The notes below the pieces were generated by a model. It ran no database searches, had not been told where the DNA came from, and saw nothing but the letters and a program-made list of their open reading frames with translations. A program made the translations under genes and the position numbers. Shown piece by piece: positions 1 through 15,889 of a DNA stretch of 64,000 nt. How positions within the stretch are numbered: the first letter of the stretch is position 1; every line of letters begins with the position of its first letter. Source of the stretch: Octopus vulgaris. Taxonomy: Eukaryota. The stretch is from contig CATOCA020000002.1 of assembly GCA_951406725.2 (NCBI GenBank), positions 62,001 to 126,000 on the forward strand. The letters are read 5' to 3'.

Positions 1-1072
<1,072 letters not shown>

Positions 1073-1074
<2 letters not shown>

Positions 1075-1366
1075 AGGCGCAATGGCCCAGTGGTTAGGGC
1101 AGTGGACTCGGTTTCGATTCCCAGACCTGGCGTTGTGAGTGTTTATTGAACGAAAACACCTAAAGCTCCACGAGGCTCTGTCAGGGGATGGTGGCGATCC
1201 CTGCTGTACTCTTTCGCCACAACTTTCTCTCACTCTTTCTTCTGTTGGCCTGCTCGCTTAGCCAGCAGGGTGGCATCATTTGAAGGCTAAAACAATGTGA
1301 AGCGCATTGTGACCAGTGATGTGTAGCAACATCTGATAGCCTGGTCGGTCACGGTGATCATGGTGA
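1073..1366 (+). mobile_element. tRNA-derived SINE
   Basis: Head GGCGCAATGGCCCAGTGGTTAGGGC...GGTTTCGATTCCC with A- and B-box-like motifs; same head at 36838; 3' part repeated inverted at 1427-1542. Confidence 0.85.
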
Positions 1367-1426
1367 AATATACATATATATGTATATATATATATTTATA
1401 TATGTAAATATATATATATATATATA

Positions 1427-1542
1427 TCACCGTGAGCAACCAGGCTATCATATCAAATGTTGCAACACATCGCTGGTCACAAAGCGCTTCGCATTGTTTT
1501 AGCCTTCAAATGACGCCACCCCGATGGCTAAGTGAGCAGGCC
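1427..1542 (-). mobile_element. 3' fragment of the same SINE, inverted
   Basis: Reverse complement of ~1247-1358. Confidence 0.8.
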
Positions 1543-1554
1543 ATGTATATATAT

Positions 1555-2613
1555 AAACAGAGGTGACTGAAGAAGGGGAATTTTCCTTGTAATGTGTGTC
1601 TTGTACTCTATTTTTTTGTTGTTTAAGAAAAATGTCCATTTCCTTGGTTTTGTGTTTATGTTTTCGTTTCTCATTGTGTTCAGCGTTTTTTTTGGGTGTC
1701 CTGTACCCATGCATGTATATATACATGTAGATGTAGGTACATACATATATGTATGTATATATGCATGTTTTATTTATTAATTTATTATTATATGACGGAA
1801 CACACGCATCCATTTCTAAGTAAGTTTGTTCTTAATATTAATAATGATGCGCACTCTTAACCTTTCTGTCCCCCTCCCTTTCTCAGCTTTCATTCTTTCT
1901 GGTTTCCTTTTCTTATACCTTACTGTCTCTCCCCCTCTCTCTCTCTCTCATTCTTTCTGGTTTTCTCTACAACCATTCCCTTTTTTCTCTCCCTTTCTCT
2001 ACAACCATTCCCTTTTTTTCTCTCCCTTTCTCTTACTCCTTCTCCTCTGTCCCACCGCTGACCAGCAATGAGAAACTACTGTCTTTCTGACCTCGCTTCC
2101 TTCGAGTGTAGACGGCTTGCCATCGCCGTTCTCAAAAAGTGTTCGTAATATTTTCTCTCATTTGGCTTAACAGCCCTCAATGTCTGTGTTACTGTTATTC
2201 TCCTTGTCCTGTCTTTTACTGTTTATATTTTGTACTGTCTTTACTGTCCTGTTTTTGTTACCATTTTTACCCCTTCGCAAAAACGTCTCAAATTTTATTT
2301 AATTTATCCTTTGCGGGAAGGAATATGTTAACGAAGTCGTGTCTCGCCTTTACCTTCTAAACGCGGAGTAGATGAAACAGAGGCGACTGAAGAAGGGGAA
2401 TTTTCCTTATGTTGTATGTCCTGAACTCTATTTTATCGTTGTTTAAGAAAAATGTCCATTTCCTTGGTTTTGTGTTTATGTTTTCGTTTCTCATTGTGTT
2501 CGACGTTTTTTTGGTGTCCTGTATACCCATATATGCATGTATATATACATGTAGATGTAGGTACGTACATGTATGTATGTATGCATATGTTTTATTTATT
2601 AATTTGTTATTAT
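1555..2613. repeat. Non-coding element with ~240-bp direct terminal repeats (1555-1793 and 2375-2613, period 820 bp); partial-tandem pLTR-like layout
   Basis: aaacagagg(t/c)gactgaagaaggggaattttcctt...ttattatat occurs twice; no TG..CA LTR ends. Confidence 0.7.
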
Positions 2614-2726
2614 ATATATATATATGTGTGTGTGTACGTGTGTGTGTGTGTGTGTGTGTGTATACACATATGTATATATAAATATATGTATGTATATATG
2701 TATATATAATGCATATATATATATAT

Positions 2727-4420
2727 CATCATCATCGTTTAACGTCCATTTTCCATGGTAGCAAGGGTTGGACGGTTCGACCGGGGTCTGGGAAGCCAGG
2801 AGGCTGCACCAGGTTCCAGTCTGATTTGGCAGTGTTTGTAGAAACACTTTGTGGAAGCTGGATGCCCTTCCTAACGCCAACCACTCCGTGTGTGTGGTGG
2901 GTGCTTTTTACGTGCCACCGGCACAGGTGCTAGTGGAGGCTGGCAATAGTCATGATCGGTTGGTGCTTTTTACGTGCCACCTGCACGGAAGCCAGTCAAG
3001 GCGGCACTGGCATCTGCCACGTTCAGATCGTGCTTTTTACGTGCCAACGGCACAGGTATCACAACTACAATTTCCATTTGATTTTTATTTTGATGTTGAT
3101 GTACTTGACTCCATAGGTCTCCTCAAGCACAGCAGGTCACCCTACGATCCAAGGTAAGCACAGCAGTTCATCCTGCAATCCAAGGTACTTTGGATGGGCT
3201 GGGGCTATGCAAAACTGGTGCAGGAGGCAGCCATGAAATCACATTATTTGTCTGGTCTTTGCAGTCATAGCATATCTCCAGAGATCTCGGTCTTTCGTCA
3301 TTGCCTCTGTGAGCCCCAACATTCGATGGTCATGCTTGACCACCTCATCCCATGTCTTCCTGGGTCTGCCTCTACCCCAGATCCCTTCAACTGTTTGGAA
3401 GTGTCACTTCTTCACACATCTCTCCTTATCCATCCATAGTATATGACCATACCAGCGCAAACGTCTCTCTTGCAGGTCAAATCCGATGCTTCTTATGTCC
3501 AGCATTTCTCTCACGGCGCTCACACTCTGTCGTGTGTGCACACTGACATTACACATCCAGCGGATCATGCTAGCTTAATTTCTTTCAAGCCTACGTATGT
3601 TCTCTGCAGTCACAGCCCATGTTTCAATACCGTGGAGCATGTCAGTTCGCACACATGCGCCGTACAATCTACCTTTCACTCTGAACGAGATACCCTTTGT
3701 CATCAGTAAGGGTAGAAGCTTTCTAAATTTTGCTCAGGCTATTCGTATTCTAGTGGTAACACTCTCTGAGCATCCAACACCCCCACTAACTTGGTCACAT
3801 TGGTAGCAGAAACTATCAACTACTTCTAGTTTCTACCCCTGTTTTCTGAGTATCTGTGGTGTCTATTGCCCCTGTGCATCTGCCGCACATGATGTTGCTG
3901 CACCTCTTATGTGTCCATAGCTTACACTGGGTACATCTTATGGAGTTTTTACCTACCCTTTTTCTACAGATCAAGCAGGGCCACCTACCTGAGTTCACCT
4001 TCATACTTACTATAAATTTGGTCTTTGCTAGATTGACTCTAAGGCCTTTTGATTCTAAACCTAGATTCCACACCCGAAATTTCTTTTCTAGTTCCAGTAG
4101 TGATTCTGCTGAGGTCCAGATCATCAGCATAGAGGAGCTCCTAGGGGCAACCCGTCTTGAATTTCTCTGTTATTGCCTGGAGGACTATGATGAATAAAAG
4201 GGGACTGAGGGCTGAACCTTAGTGGACCATTACTTCTACCCAGAATTCTTCACTATACTCATTGCCAATCCTAACCTTACTAACAGCCTCTCTGTACTGC
4301 CTGTACTGCCCTTATTAACCATTCATCAATCTCCAGTTTCTGCATTGCCCACCAGATAAGGGATCGGGAGACCCTGTCAAAGGCTTTCTCCAAGTCCATG
4401 AAAGCTAAATAGAGGTGTGT
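2727..4420 (-). mobile_element. RTE-clade LINE, 5'-truncated and degenerate, with 3' UTR and (GAT)n tail
   Basis: LYLAFMDLEKAFDRV, QGSALSPLLF, LLYADDL, Cys-rich insert WPCLICRKRVGKNSIRCTQCKLWTHKRC; 3' end ggcgttaggaagggcatccagc...ggacgttaaacgatgatgat. Confidence 0.85.
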
Positions 4421-4432
4421 ATGTGTTTTTTT

Positions 4433-4485
<53 letters not shown>

Positions 4486-4692
4486 TATATATATAGTCCT
4501 CCATCTTCGTTTTCTCTTGGTCTTTCTTCCGTCTCTTGTTTGTGACAAAAAGCTTTGCTTTAATCGTAAAACTACTTCTCTTTCCTTGTCTGAGCATCTG
4601 CTAATACTTTGCCTATACCACGTCCTTTCGCTGTTTTGTTTTTTGTTGTTTTTCGTGTGCTTTTCCTCAGTTTTTGGGATTAATTATATATA

Positions 4693-6865
<2,173 letters not shown>

Positions 6866-7828
6866 ATATATATATTTATATATATAATATATATATATGT
6901 ATATGAGAGATCCAAGGTGGCAGGTAACGCTATGTAAGTGCTATGGAAGGACTGTAGTTAAACTCTGGGTTTCATAATTATATGAGTGAGGAGTCTAATG
7001 TGGGTCTGGTATGAACATGTATCTGTTAAATAAAATGAGACAAGAAAGCCAAGGCTGTGTGGAATTTTCAGGACATTTATGAAGAAAGATGATGCCACAT
7101 TTATCCTTTCTTAGTCAGCACCATGCATTCTTTACTCTTTCTTTCTCTACTGACAGACAACCTTTTTCAACACTATCAACTATTAACCAGTGAGCCATCA
7201 CTATCATGAGAATTGTTGGGCAAACAAATAAATATATGTAAATAATATTTCTTCCTTCTTGGTGTTAATTCTTTGATGTTCACTGGTTACTCCAATACAA
7301 GAACCTTTAAGTGTTACATCAACACACTATATTTGGTAGTGGGCTGTAGCTACCATATCAACGTGATATGGCATGTCACATTCAGCCTGCTACATATACG
7401 TACTTTGGAATCTTCCATGGAGACTGTACACTGATATACTATATTTTTCATGAGGCATTATTTTCCAAGGGACAGGTGGGGCAGCTACAGCTGCATAGAC
7501 TTCAATAGGGTGCTAAAGTAGAGTTTGTGGGCCTATGATTACCTGTGGTTAATTGGCTCTTATATTTAGTATTAGCTTCAGCATTAGGATTGGTATTGGT
7601 TGTGGTTGTGAGAGAGCTATCCCAGGAGTGTAGCTTATAGTACCTATAATATTATTCCTATTATTCTCTCCTTCAGTAACTGGTATAACTGGATCATTAG
7701 GATGGTTAAGAGGATTGGGTGGAGTATTAGGATTGGTGCTAGTGAGGTGAGGGTCAACGTTGTTAAGGAGTTTAATGATGTCTTATGGCTATAGTTGGGG
7801 GGCTGGGGGTTATAGTGTGCTGTATTTG

Positions 7829-9436
7829 TGTTATGTCCCACATTATTATGAAATATTTCATCATCTCTGTGGGACTGGCCCAAAAAGTGTGCCTTGCTGA
7901 CTAACATTACTGATTGTGTCAGTCCACTATTTATTAGTAGTGGACCAGCCCACTTCTCACCTGGGGGCATCTGCCACAACACCTTCCCTCTTTGAGATTT
8001 TTTTCGACACCTTTTTTTAAACTTTTTTTTCTAACCAAAATTATTTTTCTTATTTAGATTTTTTTCTTGTTCCACACAGAATTATATATATATTTTTGTT
8101 TCTTCAAAGATTACACAGCATTATTATATATATATTTTTCATTTTTATGACTTTTCCTTTTGTTACAGAAACTGGACCGGTTACCTGCAAACTTTCATTA
8201 TCTTTTAAAGTGTTTGCATTAAAACGATTCCTCAATGAAGCATTTTCAGTAGAAGGACCTTTTCCTGTAACAGATGGCTCAGATTCTCTAATTTCAGAAT
8301 TTTCTACGTGTTCTTCACTAGTCACGTCAATTGACATTTCATCTGGAGTCTTTTCAAGGAGGACTTGTTTAGTATCCTCAATCACAAAATGGCTTGCATT
8401 TGCTTTGTCCATTTTAACGTTCTTAGCAACTGGTTCATTTTCCATTTTTAAATCTTCTGACATGACTCAATTTAATGTATTGTTAATTCTTTTTCATTTT
8501 TTTTTCTTCTAACCAGAATTATTTTTTGTTCCACACAGAACCATTATTTTTCAAAATTACTTATAAATCCTTTGAATGGACTTATTATTATTATCATCAT
8601 TTTTTGTTCCATACTGAGCCATAGTTTTTTTTTCAAAATGCTGCAGGTAGTACCAAGTCTACATTATTACTGGTAGCGCTACTGCATATAGCAACCTGAC
8701 TTATAAATCCTTCAAACGGACTTATTATTTTTATCCCCCACACAGAACCATAGATTTTTTGGTTCTCAAAATGCTGCAGGTAGTAACCAAGTCAACATTA
8801 TTATTGGTAGTGCTACTATATATAGCAACCTGACTAATAAATACTTTGAATGGACTTTTTTTTCTCAAAATGAATTATTTTTCACCATGTGTCGTTTCAG
8901 TTCTGTGTAGAGTTCCAGTTTTATCAGACAGTGTTTTCTTCAGGATATTTTTTTTTATATATATGTTTTGCACTGTTTGTATATTACTTTTCACCATGTG
9001 TAGTTCAATTCTGTGTTAGCGTTTTTTTCTTCTTCAGAATCTTTTATATATATATTTTTCCCTGTGTGTATATTACTTTTCACTGTGTGAAGTTCAATTC
9101 TGTGTTAGAGTTCAAATCCTTCAAATGTTCTTTCATTGTTCTTGAATGTAAGTCTTCCATTTTGACACTCCTACAAGTGTTCGTAAACTCATTACCACTG
9201 TTATAACAACACCTTTATACAGAGGATGGTATCCTCATTGCCACTGTTATGTCCCGCATCTACATATCAGTGGTGGTGTGAGCTACAAATCCTCATCGCC
9301 ACTGTTATGTCCCACATTATGACAATGTATTTCATTGTCTCTACAGAACTGGCCCAAACAGTGTACCTTGCTGACTGACATTACTGACTGTGTCAGTTCA
9401 CTATTTATTAGTAGTGGACCAGCGTCTGCCACAATA
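7829..9436 (-). mobile_element. Small non-autonomous LTR retroelement (TRIM-like), LTRs 7829-7981 and 9303-9436
   Basis: LTRs tgttatgtccc...gccacaa(c/t)a; TSD ATTTG at 7824-7828 and 9437-9441; PBS TGGCGATGAGGAT (near match to the tRNA-Ser(GCU) 3' end) at about 9289-9301; PPT AAGAGGGAAGG at 7982-7992. Confidence 0.85.
8104..8463 (-). CDS. 119-aa E/S/K-rich ORF inside the LTR element, function unknown
   Basis: Open ORF with protein-like composition, in the element's sense orientation; no recognisable gag/pol motif. Confidence 0.3.
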   Translation of the reverse strand: MSEDLKMENEPVAKNVKMDKANASHFVIEDTKQVLLEKTPDEMSIDVTSEEHVENSEIRESEPSVTGKGPSTENASLRNRFNANTLKDNESLQVTGPVSVTKGKVIKMKNIYIIMLCNL

Positions 9437-10378
9437 ATTTGTATGATAAAAGTTAACTAATTGTTGGTTCTGTAGCTTATCATTAACTCACCAGATTATA
9501 TCAGCAATGTTAGTAGTGGTGGAGTAGAAAAATTTAATAGATTAGGGGTTGAAGATATTCCTATGGGTATTGGAACTAGGGAGATGTTTTTCAAGTAGAG
9601 CAAAGAAAAGGTTAGATAGTTGGTCTGAGCATTAAGAGTGTAGTGAGGGGGGAAACCAGATAATGTTGTGTATCCTACTCCATTTATTTATTTCTAGGGG
9701 GTTACCCACATATGGCTTGGGGTGAGGAAGCGCACGTTTACATGAATGTTGATAGGCAACAGTAAATTTGGGATCCCAACTTCCAGGAGTGCGCATTGAG
9801 TTTGTTACTAAGGTTAAATTTGGGGGGTGGGGGAAGGGGAAAATACGGAGGATACCCCAGGTTTTATCTAAGGAGACAGAGGTATCTGCAATGTCAGGTC
9901 CGGGTGGGGGGCACTCCATAAAGGGAGATATCTGATTGAATTTTTATATACCGTGCGGTGTAGGATGCTGTTGTAAAATTCTGCATATTGCTCACATATT
10001 TCCTTATTAGCAGATAGGAATGATATCCTAGAGGACACACACTGTCCATGATGGATTTTGGGACAGAAGGGGTATGATTTGAAGAAAAGTTAACATAATT
10101 TAAGCTTTCCCTGGATTTATGGTAAAGAGTATACGTGTGCATGGGCAGGTATGTGAATATGTATGTATATTTACTATGAGGTAATAAGCAACCAACTTTA
10201 ACTAAAACTATTGTGTTCTCCTTAAGAATACAACCTTCAACTCTTATCTTCTGCTTTTTCTTTCCCTCCTCTTCTTTCATAACAACTCCATCCAACTCCC
10301 ACTTCTAAATTTTTGACCTCTCCTCTTTTTTTTCTTATTCTTAACCATTTCATCTTTGTAAATTTTTTTCTGTATAAA

Positions 10379-10553
10379 TGTTTAGGAATGAGTAATATTC
10401 GTAACCACTTTAACATGACTGTCCATTCGAACAGACTCTTTCAAATGAACAGCCATGTTAAAGTGGCTACAAATATTACTTGTCAGTAAAACTACTTCGT
10501 TGATCTCTTCGAGAGATTTTAGAACTAGCATTTTTGCTTGTTTAGGAATGAGT
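10379..10553. repeat. ~41-bp imperfect inverted repeat (10391-10431 and 10440-10480) between 15-bp direct repeats
   Basis: tgtttaggaatgagt at 10379-10393 and 10539-10553. Confidence 0.6.
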
Positions 10554-11269
10554 GCACCAAAAGTGGCCCAACTTAATTTTTACGAAGACCCTTCTCCTAA
10601 AGTCAGGATCTATCTATTCTAAATCCATCTCTCTCCCACTTCTCATTTTCTTTATTCTGATTAACTTTAGACAATTCTTCACTCCCAAATATTTAACCTC
10701 TTCTCCCACTTTTCTTACTTACTGATCATATTATTTCTTCAAGCATTTGCTTTTTTTTAATTTCTTTTATCTATATTTCATTTGATTTTTCAACTCTGTT
10801 CTTCTGACTTTGCCCCTCATTTCAAATTATATCTTTGGTGAGTTAACTTGGGATTCCCTAATGATAGTGTAAACTTCATATAATTAAGGTATCTTTAGTC
10901 TGATGAGTAGCTAGCTGAGTCTCCCTTGTTGAGTAATTATTATATCAAATGATCTGCTTGGTAGGAAGCATATGTAGCCTTAATTTCTCTCACTCCATTC
11001 CCTCAATTTGGATTTGCATTTGCACTCATAGCAACTCAACTTGCTAACCGTGAGCTATAGAAAATTTTTTTCAGCTTAGACTTCCGTATAGGAACAGCTT
11101 ACAACCTTCAATGCCAATAAATTATCATTGTTCTTGAGTGCTGTTTTTTTACATCTACCACAAACTCCTCAAAGCTTACAAACTTCCTACACTTAGATAC
11201 TTGGTCTTACAATTACATACATACATGGCTAAAATGAATCATTGAAATGAGTCAGTGATAATGCAATGT

Positions 11270-12600
11270 GAGGCCATTATTTGACTCTTGAGCCCCATCA
11301 AAAGATTTGCACATTTTATTGCATAATGCACAGTTGTGCTGGCTGGCAGAAGGAACAGGTGCCACAGTATGAAGTCTTTTGACATGTCTTTTTAATCCTC
11401 CAACTGAACGACACACCTTTCCACAGCTTACACATGTTCTGTTGTCAACAATTGCTGTATCATAATTTACAAGGGTCAATTCTTGTGGCTTCTTTGATTG
11501 TTGACCAAGCCTACACAACTTAAGCATTGCTTCTTACAAATCACATAAATGAAAATCAACACTCCTTCATTTTCTACTGGTTCATTCTTTCTAAGGTTTC
11601 TCCTGATCTTTTCATGCTTCATTCTCTCTCTTTCAAGCTTCAAGCAATCACTGTGCACTCTTTTCCTTCATCTACTTCAGTCTTGTGCTTCTCTCTCCCA
11701 ATCAACATTTGAAATTCCTTTTGTGCCAAAGTAGCTTTAAGGCAGACTTTGAGCCTCATTTTAGGTTTATGTGCTGGCCTTTCACAATCTTTCAGCTCAC
11801 AATACAAAATTTGCTTAGGAATTCTTTTATCCCTTATTCTCACCAGATGTCTACTCCACCTCAAACAACTTTGTAGAATGATCAATTCTACATACCTACT
11901 ACAACTTTTCTCAAGTTCCTCTACATCACTGATCACCATTCTCCAGTTTATCCTAAGAATTCTAAATGCTTCAAATGTTTACGATAAATAACCTGTCTCA
12001 CTTTCATAGAGCAATGATGGTAGAACATGTGTTATAAACCTTAACTTTAATTCAGATAGATATGACCAGAGCTGTTTGTCAAGCTTACCGAAAGCATCAC
12101 TAGCCTTGCTGATTCTATATGAAATTTCATTATCAAAACTTAGAGTACTTCCTAAATACATGAAGTTGGTGATATCTTCTAGCCTTTGTCCATATTTAGT
12201 TACAAAAGGTTCCATATAAAGCTTAGATGGGGTAGGTTGATATATCAGTTTCCTTGAAGGCCCAATGCTGTACATGCTGTAGAAATAAAAGTGGTTATAA
12301 TGATAATGAATAATGGAAAGAACCCTGGTATGGATGGATTAGGTGCAGAGATATGTTGCTGACAGTATTTTGCTTTCTGTTTATATCCAGAATGAAATAT
12401 TTTGGTTTCCTATTGATTACTTGGTAGTTGCTAAGGGATACCATCATTCCAAACAAAAACATATTTCCATGTATTGATGTCCTCTGAGATATGTGTAGTG
12501 ACATTCTGTTGTCAGGTGAAAGATGGGATATAGATATCCACAAACAACGCATATTTTGAAGGATCAGGAAGATCCTGTTAGCATTTGACCGGGTAAAGTC
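11270..12600 (-). mobile_element. RTE (BovB-like) LINE 3' fragment, degenerate
   Basis: [49 protein letters not shown], and C-terminal C2H2-like fingers. Confidence 0.85.
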
Positions 12601-15600
12601 AGTGCTGTGCCATTAACAAGTTCAGGTGGAGTATGTCTGACTCTCTCCTTAACCATGGATCAAATACCAAGGAGGACAAGTGGAAGATATTCCAGCCAGT
12701 TAGATCAATCTGGATATACTCTTACAGCTGCCTTAAGCTGATGGCGAAAGCGTTCGACCATGCCATTTGCTGTGGGGTGGTATGCTGTTGTGTGGGTGTG
12801 CTTACATCCAAGGAGACAAGTCAGCTCGGTGAAGAGGTGGGAATTGAACTGATGGTGATCATCGCAGGTGTGCAAAAACATGAAACCCAGTGAAATACTA
12901 GCATTTTGGCAATAGTTTCCATGGAAGTATCTGACAGGGGGGAAAGCTTCCGGCTAGCAAGAAAATCTGTCAACACAGATGAGCAGGTGAGTGCAGTTGT
13001 TAGAAGGAGGCAAGGGTCCAACAATGTCAATGTGCACATGTTGGAAATGTGCATCAGGTGTTGCAAAATAACTGATAGGAGATTTAATGTGTTGAGGAAT
13101 CTTTGCTTTTTGGCATGCAACACAGCTCCTAGCCCATTTACAGGTGTCCTTGTTGATGTTGGGCCACACAAAATGGATCATTATCAGCTTCTGTGTGGCA
13201 TGGATACCAGGATGTGCTAGGAAATGCAATGCAGAGAAAACATCACATCGATGTTTCTGCAGCACATATGGACATTCATGGCCAATGGAGGTGTCACACA
13301 AAATATAGCCTGTAGCATAGGGTAACAAGAATTGCTGAAATTTCAGAGATGATGAATTCCGGAGCTTTAATAGTTCTTTTTCATCTTGTTGATCAGCTGC
13401 AATCCACTGGAGATCAATAGTAGCAGTGATGTGGATTGCCAAATGCTGTTGGTGAGTATACACAATGGGGTGTCTGGTTTGAGATACACCAGCATCGTAG
13501 CGTTGGATAACACCTTTTTCAATTCAGTGAAAGAGTATGTTCTTTTACTTTCAGTGTAATGTTTACATTTTTGCCTATTTGCTGTCACAGCAAATCTGTG
13601 AGTGGTTGGGCTGTCTCTGCACAGTGAGGTATGAATCTTCAATAGGAGTTCACCAGGCCCAGAAATTCCCACAGTTTACAAAAAGATGTGGTTGATGTAA
13701 AATCCATGATGGCTTTGACTTTGTCTATGATGTGCCCTAGAAAATGAAGGGACGCAACTCTGAACTTGCACTTGCTGGGGTTGATGACAATAGCATATTC
13801 CTGCAGGTGTTGGAATTGCAGATGCAGGTGTTCTTCAAGAAAGTTGTCTATGTATGCATTGACAAAAGGCAAACCTCTGGTAACCTTGTCGATAAAACAT
13901 TGAAATGTCTGTGCTGCGTTGCATAAACCAAAAGGCATACACAGGAATTCAAACATTTCAAAGTGTGTTATGACTGTAGTCTTTGGAATATCCATGGGTT
14001 CTGCAGGGATTTGATTATAAGCTCACACAAGGTCAATCTTTAAAAAGATACGAGCTCCAGATAAGGCACTGAATATGAATCAGGCATGGTGCAGTTGTTC
14101 AGTGATCGATTGTCACTGCAAAATCGCCAGCCAGTTGATGACTTCAGTGTGTGGGTGAGGACAGGCAGATGATTTTGAGGTCAAGCATGTGTTGGAATTC
14201 TCATTAGACGGCCTTGATGGTAGCCTTCAGGATCATGCAGTGACAGGTGGACTGCAGGTCTTGATATGGTGGGTGACTTCATGTTTGATGGGTTTATTGT
14301 GGAATACAGGTCAAGTGATGTCAGGGTATTCATTGAGGATATCACTGTGATGGGTGGTAAAATAATTGGGCTGACTGCCGCCATCCAAGTGGCTATACCA
14401 TGCACAGTGAGCTGAGTGGTACTGTCAACAAGTCTTCCATGCTTGATATCCACTAGGAGACCAAAATGATGTAGAAACTGGCTCTTAAAATAGGGGTCGG
14501 CAGCTTAGCTATGACAAATACCCACTGGAAGGTGTAGCATAGTCCTAAGTCCATTGTTAGGGACTGTTCACCGTAAATAGGAATCAGTGAGTGATTGATT
14601 GCCTGATGATAGACTGGTGTTTCTTTTCTGTTGCCTGGAGTGCAGGAAACAAGGATTGCACCGACTTCTGCACTGGTATCAACAAGAAAATGTGTGACTG
14701 TTACATGAACACAGATCAAAGTCAGGCAACCTTGTGGGTAAGAGTCAGGAACTTCTGTTGCATTCAATCCTTAGCTGTTTCGTTTCCTGAATGGGATGTC
14801 AAGAATGAACACAAAGGCATGCACATCTGCACCTGTGTTCCAAATGTACAATGGTACCTACATGTTTCTGGTGAATAACAAGAGGCACTCAGGCTTCATG
14901 ATCATCGACCAAATCAATGCGGTCGGCTGCTACTTCAATAGGGGATACTAAATGACAGGGCCTTTATTCGTGCTGTCAGGGCCTGCATTTGTCCTCAATG
15001 AATGCAAATTCAAAATTTCCAAAGCATTGGATGATAAAAGGAAAGGATTGGTGGCAAGAATAGCTGGAGTCACAGCAGATAAGGTAGAATATTTCTGCAG
15101 AACCTCGCCAATTTTGTCTGCAAGCTCAGCCAGCTCCTCAATTAAAGAACTACCTGTGCGTTGGAGAGCAGACACTGGAGAAAAAGCTGCCGAAAGATTT
15201 CTTCTGGGAGGGCTGTTCTTGAAGAAGCTGCTTCATTCTCTGTAGAAGCTGGGATGGTTTTCTGTTTCCTAATTCCTAATTCCCAATATAAGGAGCTGGT
15301 GAAGACACTTTTGTTGCAACTCTGAAGTCCTCTTAAAGAGAGTAGTTTTGAATGTGTTGTGTAACACAGAACTGGGTAGTGCCAAATGAGATCTCAGACC
15401 ATATTCATGATCTTTGGTGATAGTGATCCGATCACATGTGTTAGACAAGCTGCATTGCTGACAATCCAGTTCAAAGAAAACTTCAATATGATAAGACCAT
15501 GAATCCAAAATGGTGGAATCTTCAATGTAATCACTTCCTGGAATGCCATATAAACCAAGGATGAGTTTACCGCTGGGTTGTGTTCCAGTAGAGACATAAG

Positions 15601-15885
15601 TAGTGTGACGACTAATCACAGCAATTCTCCAGTTTAGGTGCAATGATACTTGAAGTGAAGACTATTATTTTTGTCAGAGTCACCAAATGTAGCTGAATGT
15701 AATGTTGAGGGATCAATGTAAGTTGTCAGGTATAGCAGATGATGTTAGGCATGTTAGACCAGTATTGATGAAAAATAACGAAAAAAGAATAGGAATGTAT
15801 TTTACATTATTTATTTGGTCATAGTTGCATTCACTTGTTGGATACTGAAAGCTTGATTTGAAATATGAGCAAATATGCTGCTACA
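12600..15885 (-). mobile_element. Gypsy LTR retrotransposon, degenerate (gag-PR-RT-IN), 5' LTR about 15688-15885, 3' end missing
   Basis: TLKIPPFW (gag), FLVDTSAEV (protease), MPFGLCNAAQTFQ and AYIDN (RT), HxxH..CxxC and HVHIDIVGPLP (integrase); PBS TGGTGACTCTGAC (tRNA-Trp-like); LTR ends tgtagc..gctaca. Confidence 0.9.
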
Positions 15886-15889
15886 TAAT

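Larger units (their letters stand above)
6905..10150 (-). mobile_element. Second Penelope-like element, degenerate, interrupted by the LTR element at 7829-9436
   Basis: LNYVNFSSNHTPSVPKSI and NIIWFPPS (RT C-terminal motifs) at 9650-10130; CSCPTCPL..NIVYQCTVS (GIY-YIG region) near 7420-7500. Confidence 0.7.

Noticed and set aside
1073-1130. tRNA gene (also 21462 and 36838)
   Set aside because: SINE heads: no complete cloverleaf, and SINE body follows
2058-2083. ctgaccagcaatgagaaactactgtc, hammerhead-like
   Set aside because: Core mismatch and no stem I pairing
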